A DNA stretch of 64,000 nucleotides from the human T2T-CHM13v2.0 reference genome, Homo sapiens, in NCBI RefSeq assembly GCF_009914755.1, contig NC_060935.1. One strand, given 5' to 3'. The notes under the pieces were generated by a model. That model saw nothing but the letters and a program-made list of their open reading frames with translations, did not search any database and had not been told where the DNA came from. Position 1 is the stretch's first letter. The number at the start of each line of letters is the position of its first letter. The position numbers and the translations under genes were made by a program. Shown here piece by piece: positions 1-14,370 of the stretch.

Positions 1-314
1 GGCAAAGCAGCGTTTTCCCTCCCAGTCTAAGAGCCTGTGATGTAACTGACCTTTCTTTAAGGAAAGATGATCTTATGGTCCCTGCCCTCAAGATGTTTAC
101 ATTCTAATGATTGTGTGGCTTATCCATTAATCTGAAAAGAATCACAGATAAAGTAGATAATAACATAGACTAGGAATTAGCATTACCAGGTATTTCAGAT
201 TTGGGGATTTATTTCATCTTATTTCTGTGACTTAGGATATGATAGAGGACCAGATACAGTCCCTGCCATCAAAACCCTTACGATACAAAGGCCAAACATA
301 TAAGTAAGCATGTA

Positions 315-616
315 GGCTGGGTGCGGTGGCTCATGCCTGTAATCCCAGCACTTTGGGAGGCCGAGGCGGCTGGACTGCCTGAACTCAGGAGTTCGTGACC
401 AGCCTGGGCAACACGGTGAAACCTGGTTTCTACTAAAATACAAAAAAAATTAGCTGGGCATGGTGGTGTGCACCTGCAGTCCTAGCTACTTGGGACGCTG
501 AGGCAGGAGAATTGCTTGAACTCAGGAGGCGGAGGTTGCAGTGAGCCAAGTTCAAACCACTACACTCCAGCTTGGGCGACAGAGTGAGACTCCATCTCAA
601 AAAAAAAAAGAAAAAA
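315..616 (+). mobile_element. Alu (AluS-type), full length
   Basis: Starts GGCTGGGTGCGGTGGCTCATGCC, has the A-rich linker and a poly(A) tail; degenerate TSD AAGTAAGCATGTA / AAGTAAACTTGTA. Confidence 0.95.
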
Positions 617-1557
617 GTAAACTTGTAAGGACACTTTATATAATTGATGTGTGTGAACAATATGAATGCATGTGAACACTGACCAACTAAAGTAAAGGTA
701 GTTCAGAAATCCTGGGCAGTTCCCATTAGGGCTGCCTGAACGGAGGCTGGGAGCACAGAAAGGAGATGGAGCTACAAAACACATAAATGTAAGCTACACA
801 GAAAAAGGGTCAATTAAACAAATCTTGTTGACTCTGGAGTCTGGCTCTGCATCCCTTTTAAGTGAAGGCCAGGGGCTTCCCACTGGGTTTAGGTTGGAGC
901 TGGCCTGCAGGATAGATTGTGTACTGGATATCATGCAATCAAATCCTATCTGGAGACCTATTAACGGGCCTCATGTGGTGTTTTTCATAAGGAAAATCAC
1001 CCTCTGTTATTTAATGGAGGTCTGTAGACTTTGAGTCTGTTTTATAGTGGGGATGTTCTTTGTAGATGACAACTACAGGGATTGGAGACATTACTTTAAC
1101 CCAAACACTGTGGCAGCTGGGAAAGGAAGATTTTTGGAGCAAATGAGACTTGGAGAACACATCACATCTCATCATATAAAAAGCTGTTCATAGATTCTGT
1201 TCTGCACCTTCCTTTATTCTCACGTTGCGTATAAGTTACTTGCGGATATTCTCCTCCAGATCCATAAATTGTAAGTCAACTTCCATTTTAGGTTTCTCAG
1301 ACCAAGTTTGTGTGGTCAAAATTAGCATGGAGTTACAAGCTCTTAACTCTGTACTTCTGCCTCAAGGGAACATGTTTTTCTGTAGATATTTAGAAAACTC
1401 AGCACTCAGTTTGTGCTTCACATTATGGGGTTCCCTTTTCTTCTCAGATAATCCAGGTCTTCCACCTTGGTGTTTCAGGACTATCATTATTTATACATTT
1501 TAGATTACACTGCCAGACCCTAAGGTTGTTCCAAGAGCTCTTGGCTGCACTGGACAT

Positions 1558-1860
1558 TGTATTCTTTTCCTAACAGTGCTGTAAGAAATGGCCAAAAATT
1601 AGTGTTTAAAGCAATGTAAATTTACTATCTTCTAATTCGGAGTCAGACTTTCTAAAATCAGTGTGTTGGTATGGCTGCATTCCCTCTCAGTGCTCTAGGG
1701 GAGGACCCATTTTCCTTCCCTTTTTAGGTTCTTGATCCTATGTGCATTCTTTTGCAACCCTTGACCTGTGGCTTCTTCTTTCATCTTCAATGCCCACAGT
1801 GTATCTTCTTCAAATTTCAAGTCTCTTTCTCTTCCTTATTGTCTCTCATTTTTATAAGGC
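1558..1860 (-). mobile_element. MLT1 (ERVL-MaLR) LTR fragment, old
   Basis: TGTATT...GCTGTAAGAAAT...AAATTTACTATCTT...GCTCTAGGGGAGGACCC resembles the reverse-strand MLT1C/D consensus. The right boundary is approximate. Confidence 0.65.
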
Positions 1861-2794
1861 AAACAGTAAAAGCATATGGTCTCACGCCTTCCAGCCAAAA
1901 CATAATCATTCTGAAGGGCAAAATATGGCATACAAATATTTTACATGTGGCCTCATTCTTTGGCTCGGTGGCGTCTTTTCTTCAACTTCAGCTTCTTCAG
2001 GCCAATCTGTGGGTATTTCTAGACATCTGCAGGAAAGCTCTGGAATTCTTGTATGTTGCACAGTGTTCCTAAAGATTGGTCATGCTACAGATTGTGCAGA
2101 TTGTTTCTGTACCAGCCAGTCAATCAGCCAACAGATAATCAAGAAATATGTATTAAGTTTCTATTATTATACCAGGTACTCTGCTGCATGTAGGGGATAC
2201 AGTGGAGAATAAGACAGATGTTCAAGCGTTATCAACAGACAGCATCAAAAAAGCAAGCAGAGTAGCAGAAACTGAATTACGGCTATTTACTAGGCATATC
2301 TTCAAGAGCAGAATAAGCAGAATGCAAACTAACACAATGCAAAGGAGGAAAGATTGGAGTCTGCGTCTATAATAAAACTGCACTGCACTAGTTGTTCAAG
2401 AATAATAGATAAAAATTAAAAGGCTTAGATCCTGCATTCAGAAAGTTTTCAGTGTAAGTGGGCAGACAGAATATTATACATAAAATGATAAAATAAGTTA
2501 GCCAATTATAAATATAAATCAAGAGCAGGAGCAAGGGTACGGAAGGAAGAATTGTCTAGCAAGGTGAGGGAGCAATGAGCTCAGACCTGAGGGACTGTTG
2601 TGAACAGTCATGGAAGGAGGCTGGAGGCTGCCACATGTAGTGGGAGTAAAGAAAGATTTGGACTTTCAACAAAGCATTTTCAACGCTAAGGAATAATCGC
2701 TGTTGGTAGGGCAAAATCATTCTGTAAAGTACATCTGCACGGGTGTTGACAAATCTAGATGAAAGTTGCTACATAGATATCAGGTGTGGTTACA

Positions 2795-2925
2795 AAATCT
2801 AAGCTCCTTGATGAACGGGACTTTGCTTTATTCACCATTCTACCCATAGAACTCAAACTACTGCCTGGCACAGAGTAGGCAGTCAGTAAACATTTGTTGG
2901 TGGATAAGTGAGTGAACAAATGCAG
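2795..2925 (+). mobile_element. L2 3' end fragment
   Basis: TAAGCTCCTTGA...TGCCTGGCACAGAGTAGGCAGTCAGTAAACATTTGTTG...GAGTGAACAAATG is the typical L2 3' terminus. Confidence 0.7.
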
Positions 2926-3978
2926 AGACAGAGGAATGAGCAGAGAATTGCACTTTGGACCAAGGACAGTAATAAATAGACCCCTCTAGCTTACCTCTCT
3001 GGAATGCAATACTAATCACCCAAAAGCAGGTTATCATCAATTTCCTTTGCCTACCTGGAGAGCCAAAGAAATCAAGGCCAGACATGGAGGGTCTTAAGTC
3101 ACAGACACAGCTTGTCCCTGCACACCGGAGCAGGAGTGGAAGCTGGGAGGTCTTTTTATTACATACATCCTATAACAGTTCTCATGGGCTTGGCTTACAA
3201 ATCCTACAAAAATAAGAATGAGTAAAAGAACTGGGGAGTATTTCTAGGAACTCCCTTGTTCTTCCAACACCCTACTCTTGTCTCTTTCAAGTGATCTGCT
3301 CCAATGACTGCCCCATGTGGCATAAGTCCCCCACCCCAGCACTGAGAGCCACAGTGTCGCTATTGGAGGAGAAACCTGAAGACAGGGGAACTGACAGAGA
3401 CAAGTGCGTTAGACTAAATCCAGCGTCTAATGAAGTTCCACAGCAATTACTTGCCATGCTGTTTATGGAAACAGTTTCCTGTCTCCTTCATGTGGCCTCA
3501 GCAGGCCTTTCAGTATCTCATGCTTTGCAGAGTCCCTGTGAAATTTTCCCTCAGCCTTTCTCAGGGTGCTCCCATACACCTTGGAGTTTCTTTTAGCCAA
3601 CATCTCAATCAACTGGGGCTTTGAAGATGGATTTTTGTTAATAAAGTGAATTATGTGACACTATTCTTCCACAGGACAATTTTTCATCTATCAGGCCAGG
3701 CCCTTGATGCAGGAGAAGGTGGCAGTGAAGGATCTGGAAGGGGCGTCTTTCTGTGTCTCAGCTGTTTCCTGGAAGTTTGCTCCTGGGCACCTCCACCTTT
3801 TCTTCACCTCTACCTTCCTTCATTAGGAGAAACCAGAATGGTCCCCGACTTCCCAGAGCAGGTCCCCAGCAAGGAGCAAAGAAACAAAATACAAAGTAAA
3901 TAAACACTGGGACAAGAGGGCATGCAGAGTAATGATAATGTTGTGAACATGAAAAGCACTGTGGCCTCACTCCACATC

Positions 3979-4397
3979 TGATATGTTCGGATATTTTATC
4001 CCCTCCATTCGCATGCTGAGATGTGATCCTCATGTTGGAGGTGGGCCTGGTGGGAGGTGTTGGGGTCGTGGAGGTGGATCCCTCATGAATGACTCGGTGC
4101 CCCCTCATGGTAATGAGTAAATTCTTGCTCTGTGAGTTCACCCAATATCTGGTTGTTTAAGAAAGCCTGGAACTTCCAGCTCCCTCTCTCTTGCTCACTC
4201 TCTCCCTCATGTGACATCCAGGCTCCCCTTAGACTTTTCACCTTGACTATAACATTCCTGAGGCCCTCACCAGAAGCAGATGCTGGCACGATGCTTTGTG
4301 TGCATCCTGCAGAACTGTGAGCCAAATAAGCTTATTTTTGTTATAAATTACCCAGCCGCACATATTCCTTTATAGCAATGCAAATGGACTAATGCAC
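3979..4397 (+). mobile_element. MST-family (MaLR) solo LTR
   Basis: Starts TGATATG, contains GGTGGATCCCTCATGAATG and CCTCACCAGAAGCAGATGCTGG, and ends TATAGCAATGCAAATGGACTAATGCA. Confidence 0.85.
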
Positions 4398-5944
4398 CAT
4401 CCCCAGTGGCCTCCTTCCAATCCACAACCTGCTAGCCAAGCAAGGGTGGTGGAGGCAGATTTGAGGGTGAGCCCTGGGATATGAGGCAACTCTCATGTGT
4501 GACTGGCTGTGGCCTTGAAGCAGCTGCAATGATTTTCGTCTCCTGGGCAGACTGAGGTTAGGAGTTTAATCTATGCTACGGGGTGAGGTCAGAACACCTT
4601 CCCTTGTTTTGATCTCATTGGGCTCCAGCCTCCCTTATAAAGGTCCTATTAAAAGGGGCTATAACTGCCTCTGTCTTGGCCTGCCTACTCTATGGGAATT
4701 TTCCTATAATTTTGAAGTATTTCAAATCAAAATTTAATTATTTGGAATGGTTTATTTAAAACCCTTCTGAAGGAAAGAGGAAGGGCTAAATGAGGTCTTT
4801 GGCATTCTCCTGTACTGCTACTTTCAGTGGGGCTCTTTCTGCCCAAGGCTCTTTTTCAGTAAATTGCCCTGGTTGGCTAAACCCAGTGGGTTTCTTCCTA
4901 TCACCATATCCCATATACTCTTACAGGAATTTCAGAAGAATTACTCCTTTTTGTTTCCTGAAATGAGCATTCTATGAGCCTATGTTTTTAAATAAAATAG
5001 CCTGGAACCATTTTCATTAAAAGATAGTACAGCAGTACAGTGCAAACATTTAACTTATGAAAACTAACAAGCAGATGAAACAAAAAGAGTTGAGGGCACT
5101 CAGTGAGGAATGCTCACTATTGAGGTGTTAGTCGTGAAGCACTGAAGAGAGTTTGAGAGAGTTCAGGGAGGTGTTCTAAGCACATCTGCCCTCAGCATGT
5201 ACTGTTTGTATAGGATGTGAGGTTCTGGACCAAGTCTCAGCAAGGAGAGAAAAGGAGTGGGGAATGCAATGAGGTCTCTCTCCTCATAGTGCTCAGTCCA
5301 GGGGAAACCTAGAAAGGAGTAAGTCAGGGTCACCCTACAACTATTTTTGAGGCCACAGTTGCACAGGGCACCTACTGAACACCATTTCAGTTCAAAAGAC
5401 ACACTTGCTTATGAGCCTCATTGAGGGTAACTCATCTTGTATTCACCAGAGAAAGGGGGAAACCCACTAATCTAGAAGTAAAGGGACCTGTAACACAAGA
5501 GCTTCTGTATGACACTGCCAAGGCTCTGTACTGACTTTCAAAAACAAAACAAAAGTAAGAAGTTTATAATGGTAAGAAGAATTGAAACCTGCAAAGCAAG
5601 TTTATCAAAATATAAGGTTAAAGTGGGGATTCCAAATTGTCCAATATAATATGACGCTAAGCCAAAATTTCATTACCACCTTGAAACTTTTCTTCATGAG
5701 AATTTTGTTCCATCTGTGTCTCATTAACATGTTCACTTATGTTTACTGTCCTATGAAGTCATTACATAGCCTCTTTTCTGAGGGCTCAGACCTCTAGACA
5801 GTCCTTCCTCAAGTTCACCTGAGAGTCACACCTGGCCTAAAACCTTTAAATCTAAGAGAAAAACTCACCTATACATTTCAACAATGTTTACTTAAAAATC
5901 CAAGTTATCCAAGGTCATAATTTTCATGGAATATTGCCAGAGGG

Positions 5945-6232
5945 TCTTTAACTAAATGTCACCTTTTAATTAAGAAGGCAACTGGCAACTATTTCTAAAA
6001 CTTAGATTGCCGTCTCAACATTCTCTATTTCTCTTTACCTCTCCTTATTTTTTCCTTAGCACTTACCACCATTTAACCTAGATTATATTAAATGTGTCTG
6101 GTTTGTTGTCTGTGTCACATAGTAGAATGTTAGTTCCATAAGGGAGTAAATTTTGACTCTTATTTACAACTATAGTCCCAGTATCTAAAACAAAGCTTAG
6201 AACACATTAAGAACTTGATAAATATTCATTAT
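5945..6232 (+). mobile_element. L2a 3' fragment
   Basis: AAATGTCACCTT...TAGCACTTACCACC...TAGAATGTTAGTTCCATAAGGG...ATAAATATT are L2 3' landmarks. Confidence 0.65.
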
Positions 6233-6349
6233 CAAATTCTACAGCTCAACTTAGCACCACTAGACCCATTGACTCTGATGCTGATATCTTCTCAACAAAA
6301 TCATACATGACATAAGAAAAATAAATAGCTTCTTCTCATATGATGGGTT

Positions 6350-6659
6350 TTCTAGACCAATATTAACCAGTGTCTACATGTGACTGTTGAGCATGGAAAT
6401 GTGACTAGTCCAAATTGAAATGTGAGTATGAAATACACACTGGATTTCAAAGAATTTGGATAAAAAAAGGATGGAGAATATCTCAGGAATCATTTTATAT
6501 TGATTGCATATTGAAATGATAGTATTTTAGATATATTGGGTTAAATAAAATATATTATTAAAATACTTTTTACCTGTTTCTTGTTTCTTTTTTAATGATG
6601 CTACTAGAAAATTTAAAATTATATACATGGCTTATATTATATTTCTATTGGAGAGCACC
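6350..6659. mobile_element. MER33-like hAT-Charlie MITE
   Basis: ACATGTGACTGTTGAGCA...AAATACACACTGGATTTCAAAG...TTGGGTTAAATAAAATATATTATTAAA...CTACTAGAAAATTTAAAATTA...TTTCTATTGGAGAGCA. Confidence 0.8.
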
Positions 6660-6781
6660 TCTTCCAGAATACAATTTTCCAATGCCTGAAACACTTTTTT
6701 GAGGAAATGCTAGGATGCAGACCAAAATGTAAAGAACCTGACCTCTTAATCCTCTTTAGAGGAATTCATATTATTTGTGTA

Positions 6782-7122
6782 CAGTTGTCCCACCTCATCA
6801 GGGGAGGTTGAGCATTCTGCAGTTTCAGTTACTCAGGGTCAACTGAGGTCAAAAAACAAGTGAGTACAGTACAATAAGATACTTTGAGAGAGAGAGAGAG
6901 AGAAACAACATTCATATAAATTTTATTACAGTATATTGCTATAACTGTTCTATATTATTTTCAGTTATTGTTCATCTGTTTCTGTACTAACTTATAAACT
7001 TTAGCATGAGTATGTATATATAGGAAAAAACATAGTATATAAAGAATTCAATCATATCTGTAGCTTTAGACATCCAATGGAAGCTTTGGAACACATCCCT
7101 TTAGGATAAGGTGGAATTACTG
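6782..7122 (-). mobile_element. MER44A (TcMar-Tigger MITE), complete
   Basis: Terminal inverted repeats CAGTTGTCCCACCTCATC / GATAAGGTGGAATTACTG, TA target duplication on both sides, and the internal (GA)n typical of MER44A. Confidence 0.85.
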
Positions 7123-7291
7123 TATAAGGATAAGGATTTTAGAAAATAAATTCCCTTCTACATGATGGTTTTAATCTGTTTCTTTCTCAAACATGAAACA
7201 AAGGAATTTTGGTAGAACACAGAGTGAACTAGGGCTCTTAAACTCAAGTAATAATAGAAGTATTACTTGTCTGTTATCTGGCATATAATCA

Positions 7292-9567
7292 TGTATTAGT
7301 CTGTTCCCACACTGCTACAATGAACTACTTGAGATTGGGTTATTTATGAGTAAAAGAGGTTTAATTGACTCACAGTTCCTCAGGATGTACAGGAAGCATG
7401 ACTGGGAGACCTCAGGAAACTTATAATCATAGCAGAAGGTGAAGAGGAAGTCAGCACCTTCTTCACATGGCTGCAGGATAGAGAGAAAGCAAAGGAAGAA
7501 GTGCCACACACTTTTAAACCATCAGATCTCATGAGAATTTACTCACTATCATGAGAGAAACAAGCGGGAAATTCACCCCCATGATACACCACCTTCCACT
7601 AGGCCCCTCCTCCAATTCAACATGAGATTTGGTTGGGGACACAAATCTAAACCATATCATTCTGCCTCTGGCCCCTCCCAAATCTCATGTCCTTCTCACA
7701 TTGCAAAATACAATTATTCTTTCTCAACAGTTCCCCAGTCTTAACTCATTTTAACATTCACTCAAAAATCCACAGTCCAAAGTCTCATCTGAGACAAATT
7801 AAGTCCCTTCTGCCTATGAGCCTGCAAAATAAAAAGCAAGTTCATTGCTTCCAAGATACAATGCGGGTACAGGCATTGGGTAAATGCTCCCATTTAGGAG
7901 AAATTGGCCAAAACAAAGGGGCTACAGGCCCCATGCAAGTCCAAAACCCAGTAGGGCAGTCATTAAATCTTAAAGCTCCAAAATAGTCTCCTTTTATCCC
8001 ATGTCTCATATCCAGGGTATGCTGATGCAAGAGGTGGACTCCCAAGGCCTTGGGCAGCTCCACCCCTGTGACTTTTCAGGTTACAGCCCCAGTGGCTTCT
8101 TTCATTGGCTGGCATTAAGTGTTTGTGGCTTTTCAAGGTGCATGGAGCAAGCTGCCAATGGATCTACCATTCTGAGGTCTGAAAGATGGTGGCTGTCTTT
8201 TCACAGTTCTACTAGGAAGTGCCCCAGTGAGGACTCTGTGTGGGAGCTCCAACCCCACCTTTTCCTTCTACACTGCCCTAGTAGAAGTTCTCCATGAGGA
8301 CTCCGTTCCTGCAGCAGACTTCTGCCTGGACATCCAGGCATTTCCATACATCCTCTGAAATCTAGGGAGAGGTTCCCAAACCTCAACTCTTGCCTTCTGC
8401 ATAGCTGCAGGCCCAACATCAAGTGGAAGCCACCAGGCTTGGGACTTACACCCTAGGAAGTCACAGCCTGAGCTGTATCTTGGGTGGCTGGGATGCAAGG
8501 TGCCATGTCCCAAGGTGAAACCATATTTCCCTCCTAGGCCTCCAGGCCTGTAATGGGAGGAGCTGCCATGAAAGTCTCTGAAATGTCCTGGAGACATTTT
8601 CCCCCATTGTCTTGGCTATTAACAAATTTCTGCAGCTGGCTTGAATTTCTCCCCAGCAAATGGGTTTTTCTTTTCTACTGCATGGTCAGGCTGCAAATTT
8701 TCCAAACTTTTATGCTCTGCTTCCCTTTTTAATATAAGTTCCAGTTTCAGATCATCTCTTTGTTCATGTATATGAGTATACACTTTTAAAAACAGCCAGA
8801 TTGCATCTTGAATGCTTTACTGCTTAGAAATTTCTTCCACCAGATACCCTAAGTATTCTCTCTCAAGTTCAAAATTCCACAGATCTCTAGGGCAGAGGCA
8901 AAATGCCCCAGTCTCTTCACTAAAGCATAGCAAGAGTGACCTTTACTCCAGTTCCCAATACGTTCCTCATCTCCATCTGAGACCACCTCAGGCTGAACTT
9001 CATTGTCCATATCACTATCAACATTTTGGTCAAAACCATTCAACAAGTCTCTAGGATGTTCCAAACTTTCCCACATCTTTCTGTCTTCTTCTGAGCCCTC
9101 CAAACTGTTCCAACCTCTGCCCATTACCCAGTTCCAAAATTGCTTCCACATTATTGGGTATCTTTATAGCAGTGCCCCACTCCCAGTACCAATTTTCTCT
9201 ATTAGTACGTTCTCACACTGCTATAAATAACTAGCTGAGACTGGGTAATTTATGAAGAAAAGAGGTTTAGTTGACTCACAGTTCTGCAAGCTGTACAGGA
9301 AGCAGGAAGTTCCTGGGAGGCCTCAGGAAACTTACAATCATGGTGGAAGGCTGAAGGGAATCAAGCACCTTCTTCACATGATGTCAGAAGAGAGAGAGCA
9401 AATGGGGAAGTGCCACACACTTTTAAACCATTATGTCTCATGAGAACTCACTCACTATTATGAAAATAACAAGGGGGAAATTCGCCCCCATGATCCAATT
9501 GCTTTCCACTAGACTTCTTCCAATTCAACATGAGATTTGGGTGAGGACACGAATCCAAACAGTATCA
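7292..9567 (-). mobile_element. Full-length THE1D-type MaLR retroelement (LTR 7292-7659, internal 7660-9197, LTR 9198-9567)
   Basis: Two homologous LTRs (TGTATTAGT/TCTATTAGT ... ATATCA/GTATCA) and a perfect 5-bp TSD AATCA at 7287-7291 and 9568-9572. The internal ORF remnant 8849-9151(-) 'GRGWNSLEGSEEDRKMWESLE...NWSKGHSCYAL' is characteristic of THE1/MST internal sequence. Confidence 0.93.
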
Positions 9568-11274
9568 AATCATTATTCTGATTTTCTCAAGTTTAACTGA
9601 ATTCTCAAATGATACTGACAGATTTATCTTAAAGTTTATATTCTTTTCATGTCTCAAAGTTATATTTCTCTTGAAACAAATGAATATAGGTTCTTTAGAG
9701 ATGGTATCTGCATTTTATAGTCTGTACTAAAAAGCTTATTTTCTGATGGGCCACTCATCTAAAATGAGTGTGTTAAATCATAAAAGGAAACAGCTGGTCA
9801 AATTCACCAGTAAGCATAGCATAAATGAGTGTCCATGTAACTAGTGAATGGTGATATACTCAACACATTTGATAAATATTTTCTACATTGGTCAGTGGAA
9901 TATTAAGATGATAATATGTTGAACCTATCTTCAAAGAGTCTGTAGTTTTATGAGGAAGATGACACATAAGCAGTTTATTTCAACATCATGTGGTAATTTT
10001 CTGATAAACAGCAAAACTGGGTGCAATAGGTGAACAAAAAAAGGAACGAGGCCCAACTGGTTAGTGTGTGTGTGTGTTTGCAGATGCATCATGTAGTGAG
10101 GTGATGGAAGAGATAGGGAGGAACAAATGTTATATCTCCAATTAAGAATCAATATTATTGATTATTGAATAGTTAGACTTTTCTTGTTTATCATCATCTT
10201 GATATGCTACATTAGTTTGAAAGTGACCACGTCCTTCTTATCGGGACTTTCACTATAACTGTCCAGAGTCTTCTTGTGTTAATAAGGAGTAATGAGATCA
10301 AGTAGATAAGACAGCTGTGATGACATTTTCTGCATTTCTTTACTTTCTAAGAAATGCTCTGCCATCAGAGAAGGAAAGACAACTTCTTCCTTGCTGCTAA
10401 TGGCACGTTTCTACTCAGTTATCCTGGCCAGGTCTGTACGATCTTGCTCAAGCACCTTCCTGAGCATTCCATCAAACCCAAGGAAGCTTCCTGAGAAAGT
10501 CTCAATCCTGCCTGTAGGATTGCCCTGGGACTTGTCTTTGGAGGAGATGGAAGAGCTTATGTTTAGGTGAAAGAAGAGACCAGCCTTCTCAAATGTCAAA
10601 ATATCCAAAGTGGCTAATATGCAGGTCTGGTATCAAAAGCTTATGGAAATTCCTTCAATTGAGAAGCAGTTTATGGATCCTGCTGGAGACTCGAAAGTCA
10701 AATTAGGGTATTTCAACTGCAGTCATAATCATAATGCTTATTCATAGATAAATGAATTTGCGTTCAAGGAAAAGAAGTTCAAGGTATTCTAAATTTAGTG
10801 ATTTCTATCTAACTAGACTATCAGAAAGCAACAGGCCTACTCCCCTTCTCCCGATGCAAAATGTCTCATACCCAATATTTGATACAGTAAAAATAAAAAC
10901 ATACAAAATTATTCTACATGTATAATTAAACCATTTTTAAAGAGATAGTTTATTGTGTGTCATTATGTGGTTCAATGACTCTTTGCAGTACATAACTAAT
11001 CCAAAAATTTATTTACAACTTAGAATCTAAAAAAAAATGATAGGCTTATATCTGGTTAAAAAACAATAGCCCATCATGTTTCTCTAATTTTCTTGCCTGC
11101 CAAGAAGCTCAGGAAGTGGTACTGCTCAAGCAAGTAGCTCAGTGTTTCCCATAGGGTGCTCCACAGAGTTCTACTGCACGATGATTTTAAAAACATTTGT
11201 TTAATGACATAAATGTGAGAAAATAAATGTACAATTCCATCAGTATATTAGCAATTCTAAGAGATCTAATAATA

Positions 11275-11882
11275 AATGTTTATATTTATGTATTTGTTTA
11301 TTTTTATTTCAATAGCTTTTGGGGAACAGATGGTTTTTACATGGATAGATTCTTTATTGTTGATTTCTGAGATTTTGGCGCCCCTGTCACTTGAGCAGTG
11401 TACACTGTACCCAATGTTAGACTTTTATTCCTCACCCCCTTCCCACCCTTCTCCCTGAGTCCCCAAAGTCCATTATATTATTCTTAGGCCTTTGTGTCCT
11501 CATAACTTAGCTCCCACTTATAAGTAAGAGTATACAATGTTTGTTTTTTCATTCTTGTATTACTTCACTTAGAATAATGATCTCCAACTCCATCTAGATT
11601 GCTGTGGATGCCATTGTGTTGTTCCTTTTTATGACTGAGTAGTATTCCATGGTATACACACACACACACACACACATATGTATTACATTTTCTGTATCCA
11701 CTCATTTGTTGGTGGGCTGGTTCCATATTTTTGCAATTGCAAATTGGGCTGCTATAAACACAAATGTGCAAGTGTCTTTTTCACATAATGACTTCTTTTC
11801 TTCTGGGTAGATACCCAGCAGTGGGATTGCTGGATCAAATGGTAATTCTTCCTTTAGTTCTTTAAGAAATCTTCATACTGTT
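11275..11882 (-). mobile_element. L1PB-type 3' end fragment with internal (CA)n
   Basis: TTTATTTCAATAGCTTTTGGGGAACAG...CCCCAAAGTCCATTATA...GGGATTGCTGGATCAAATGG matches the reverse-strand L1PB 3' UTR and ORF2 end. Confidence 0.85.
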
Positions 11883-12422
11883 CGAATTTGTTTTATCCAA
11901 TCTTTCCTAAACTTATCCGACTGTAGAATTCTGCCTTTGCATAATATCTGCTATTTCAAAGCTCACAAAGTTGGGAAAGGCTGACCTAGGCCGTTGACTG
12001 ATTTATTTCCCTCTTCCTTCTAAAGGTCCATTTTGTTTTTCTCTACTTCCATGCCTATCTTCCATATATGGATTATAAGGCACAGATAATAAACTGTGAG
12101 TGGGGGCAAGTCTGTATGTATATGTAGTAAACACACCACAAAAGGTGTACGTTCTGCTCTGCTTCTTCCCCCGCTCCCCCCTTTAGCTATTGAGCTCAAG
12201 CTTGTTCCTGGCAGGACCTGCACATAGCAATATAGCCTTCTAGGGAAAACCCAAAGCCCTTCAGGAAGTGGTATGCGATGATGTACTATAGTAGCTGGTA
12301 TGTTTCCTTCTGAGTCAGGGCTACCACAAGGGGGTCCCCAGGATTTGACACCTCTCTGAAAAGATGCCAAGATGCTGGTGCCGAGGTCATGACTGCCTCT
12401 CCCTTTGTTAAGGGCCCTCTAG

Positions 12423-12824
<402 letters not shown>

Positions 12825-13629
12825 TGCTTCCTTGTTTTAATGCTTCCTTGGAGTATCTTCAGTCTCCCGTTTATGGTTTCACATCCTTCTACCATGAAAG
12901 GCACACTTCAGTGCTGCATCCAAAGCAGCGTCATAAAGATGTTCCCATGGGTTCATTTCGCATTTGCTCCCAAATCTTCCACATGAGAAGACTAACTTAA
13001 AAGGGTTCCTGAAACATACCATATGCCTGGAGCAGTATTAATAATGCCGTTTCACATGTTTAGAGATCTTTAACTCTTCTTCCCTGTGCTGGTCAGTGCA
13101 CGTCTTCAGAGGCTCAGTTCTATAGGGCTCTGTCAGGCTGATTCTTACAGAAAAATACTCCCATGCTCCTTATATAAGGAATTAACACTACTGTGAAAGA
13201 ATCCTAGAACCATTGCCATTTAGTTGAAATCTTGCTTCTTTTATGCAAATTAATAATAATATAATTATTAAGAGAGTTCAGAAGTGCTAGCCAGTTTCTC
13301 TTTTGTCAGCAGCTGTCTGGAAAGCTTTTACCTAGAGAACAACTTTACATTCTAGAGCTTCTTTTCTCTAGAAGACTCCAGATAATTCTCAAACCATTCT
13401 CTTTGAAAGATGGAGAAAACTAGGCCCAGTGGAAGGCAGTGAATCTCCACTGGCTGCTTTCGAACCTGTTCCAGATTCAGTGTACAGAACCTCAGTCCTA
13501 GGTCAACTTTCCAACATATGGCACTGCTTCCTGGACACAATCTGTCATTTAAAAAATAATGTTTATAAAACATTGATCTGTGAACCAGAATCTCCTGGAG
13601 TGCTTATTTTAAGATTAAATTTTAGTGGA

Positions 13630-14370
13630 AAAATTGGTGAAATCTGAATAAAGTCTGTAAATAGTAAGTGAATAGTATGCGAAAATTAAGTGAATAGTAA
13701 TGTTCCACAATTGTGTATGAAATTAACGTTGCGCTTTTGGGTATTTAACCAAGTGAATTGAAAGCAGGGACTTGAACAGATATTTGCAAACCCAGGTTCA
13801 TAGCTGCATTGTTCACAATAGTCAATAGGTAGAAACAATACACATATCCATCAACACACAAATGAAGAAAGAAAACGTGGTATATACATGCAATTGAATA
13901 TTATTGAGACTTACAAAGGAATGAAATTCTGACACATGCTGCAATATAAATGAACCTTGAAGACACTACGTTAAGTGAGACAAGCCAGATACAAAAGGGC
14001 AAATATTGCATGATTTCATCTATATGAGGTACCTAACAGAGTCAAATCCATAGAGACAGAAAGTAGAATGATGGCTGCCAAGACAGAACGGAGTGTTATC
14101 ATTCAATGGCTACATAGTTTCCATTTGGGAAGATAAAAGATGGATGATGGTGATGGTTGCCCAGCAATGTGAATGAATATTCTTAATGCCATTGAACTGT
14201 ACACTTAAAATAATTAAAATAGTAAATGTTATATTATGTATATTTTACCACAATTTTTTAAATTAAAATTAGGGGAAATGGAATGGAGGTGAAGGGTATA
14301 CTAAATTCACAATACTGTCTGTGTGACTTTCTTTGTAGCTCTAAAATGATTTCCCAAAATAGTTGATTTT
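13630..14370 (+). mobile_element. L1MB 3' end (~13733-14262) nested in older L1M sequence
   Basis: GAATTGAAAGCAGGGACTTGAACAGATATTTG...AAATCCATAGAGACAGAAAGTAGAATG...TGTATATTTTACCACAAT are L1MB 3' UTR landmarks. Confidence 0.8.
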
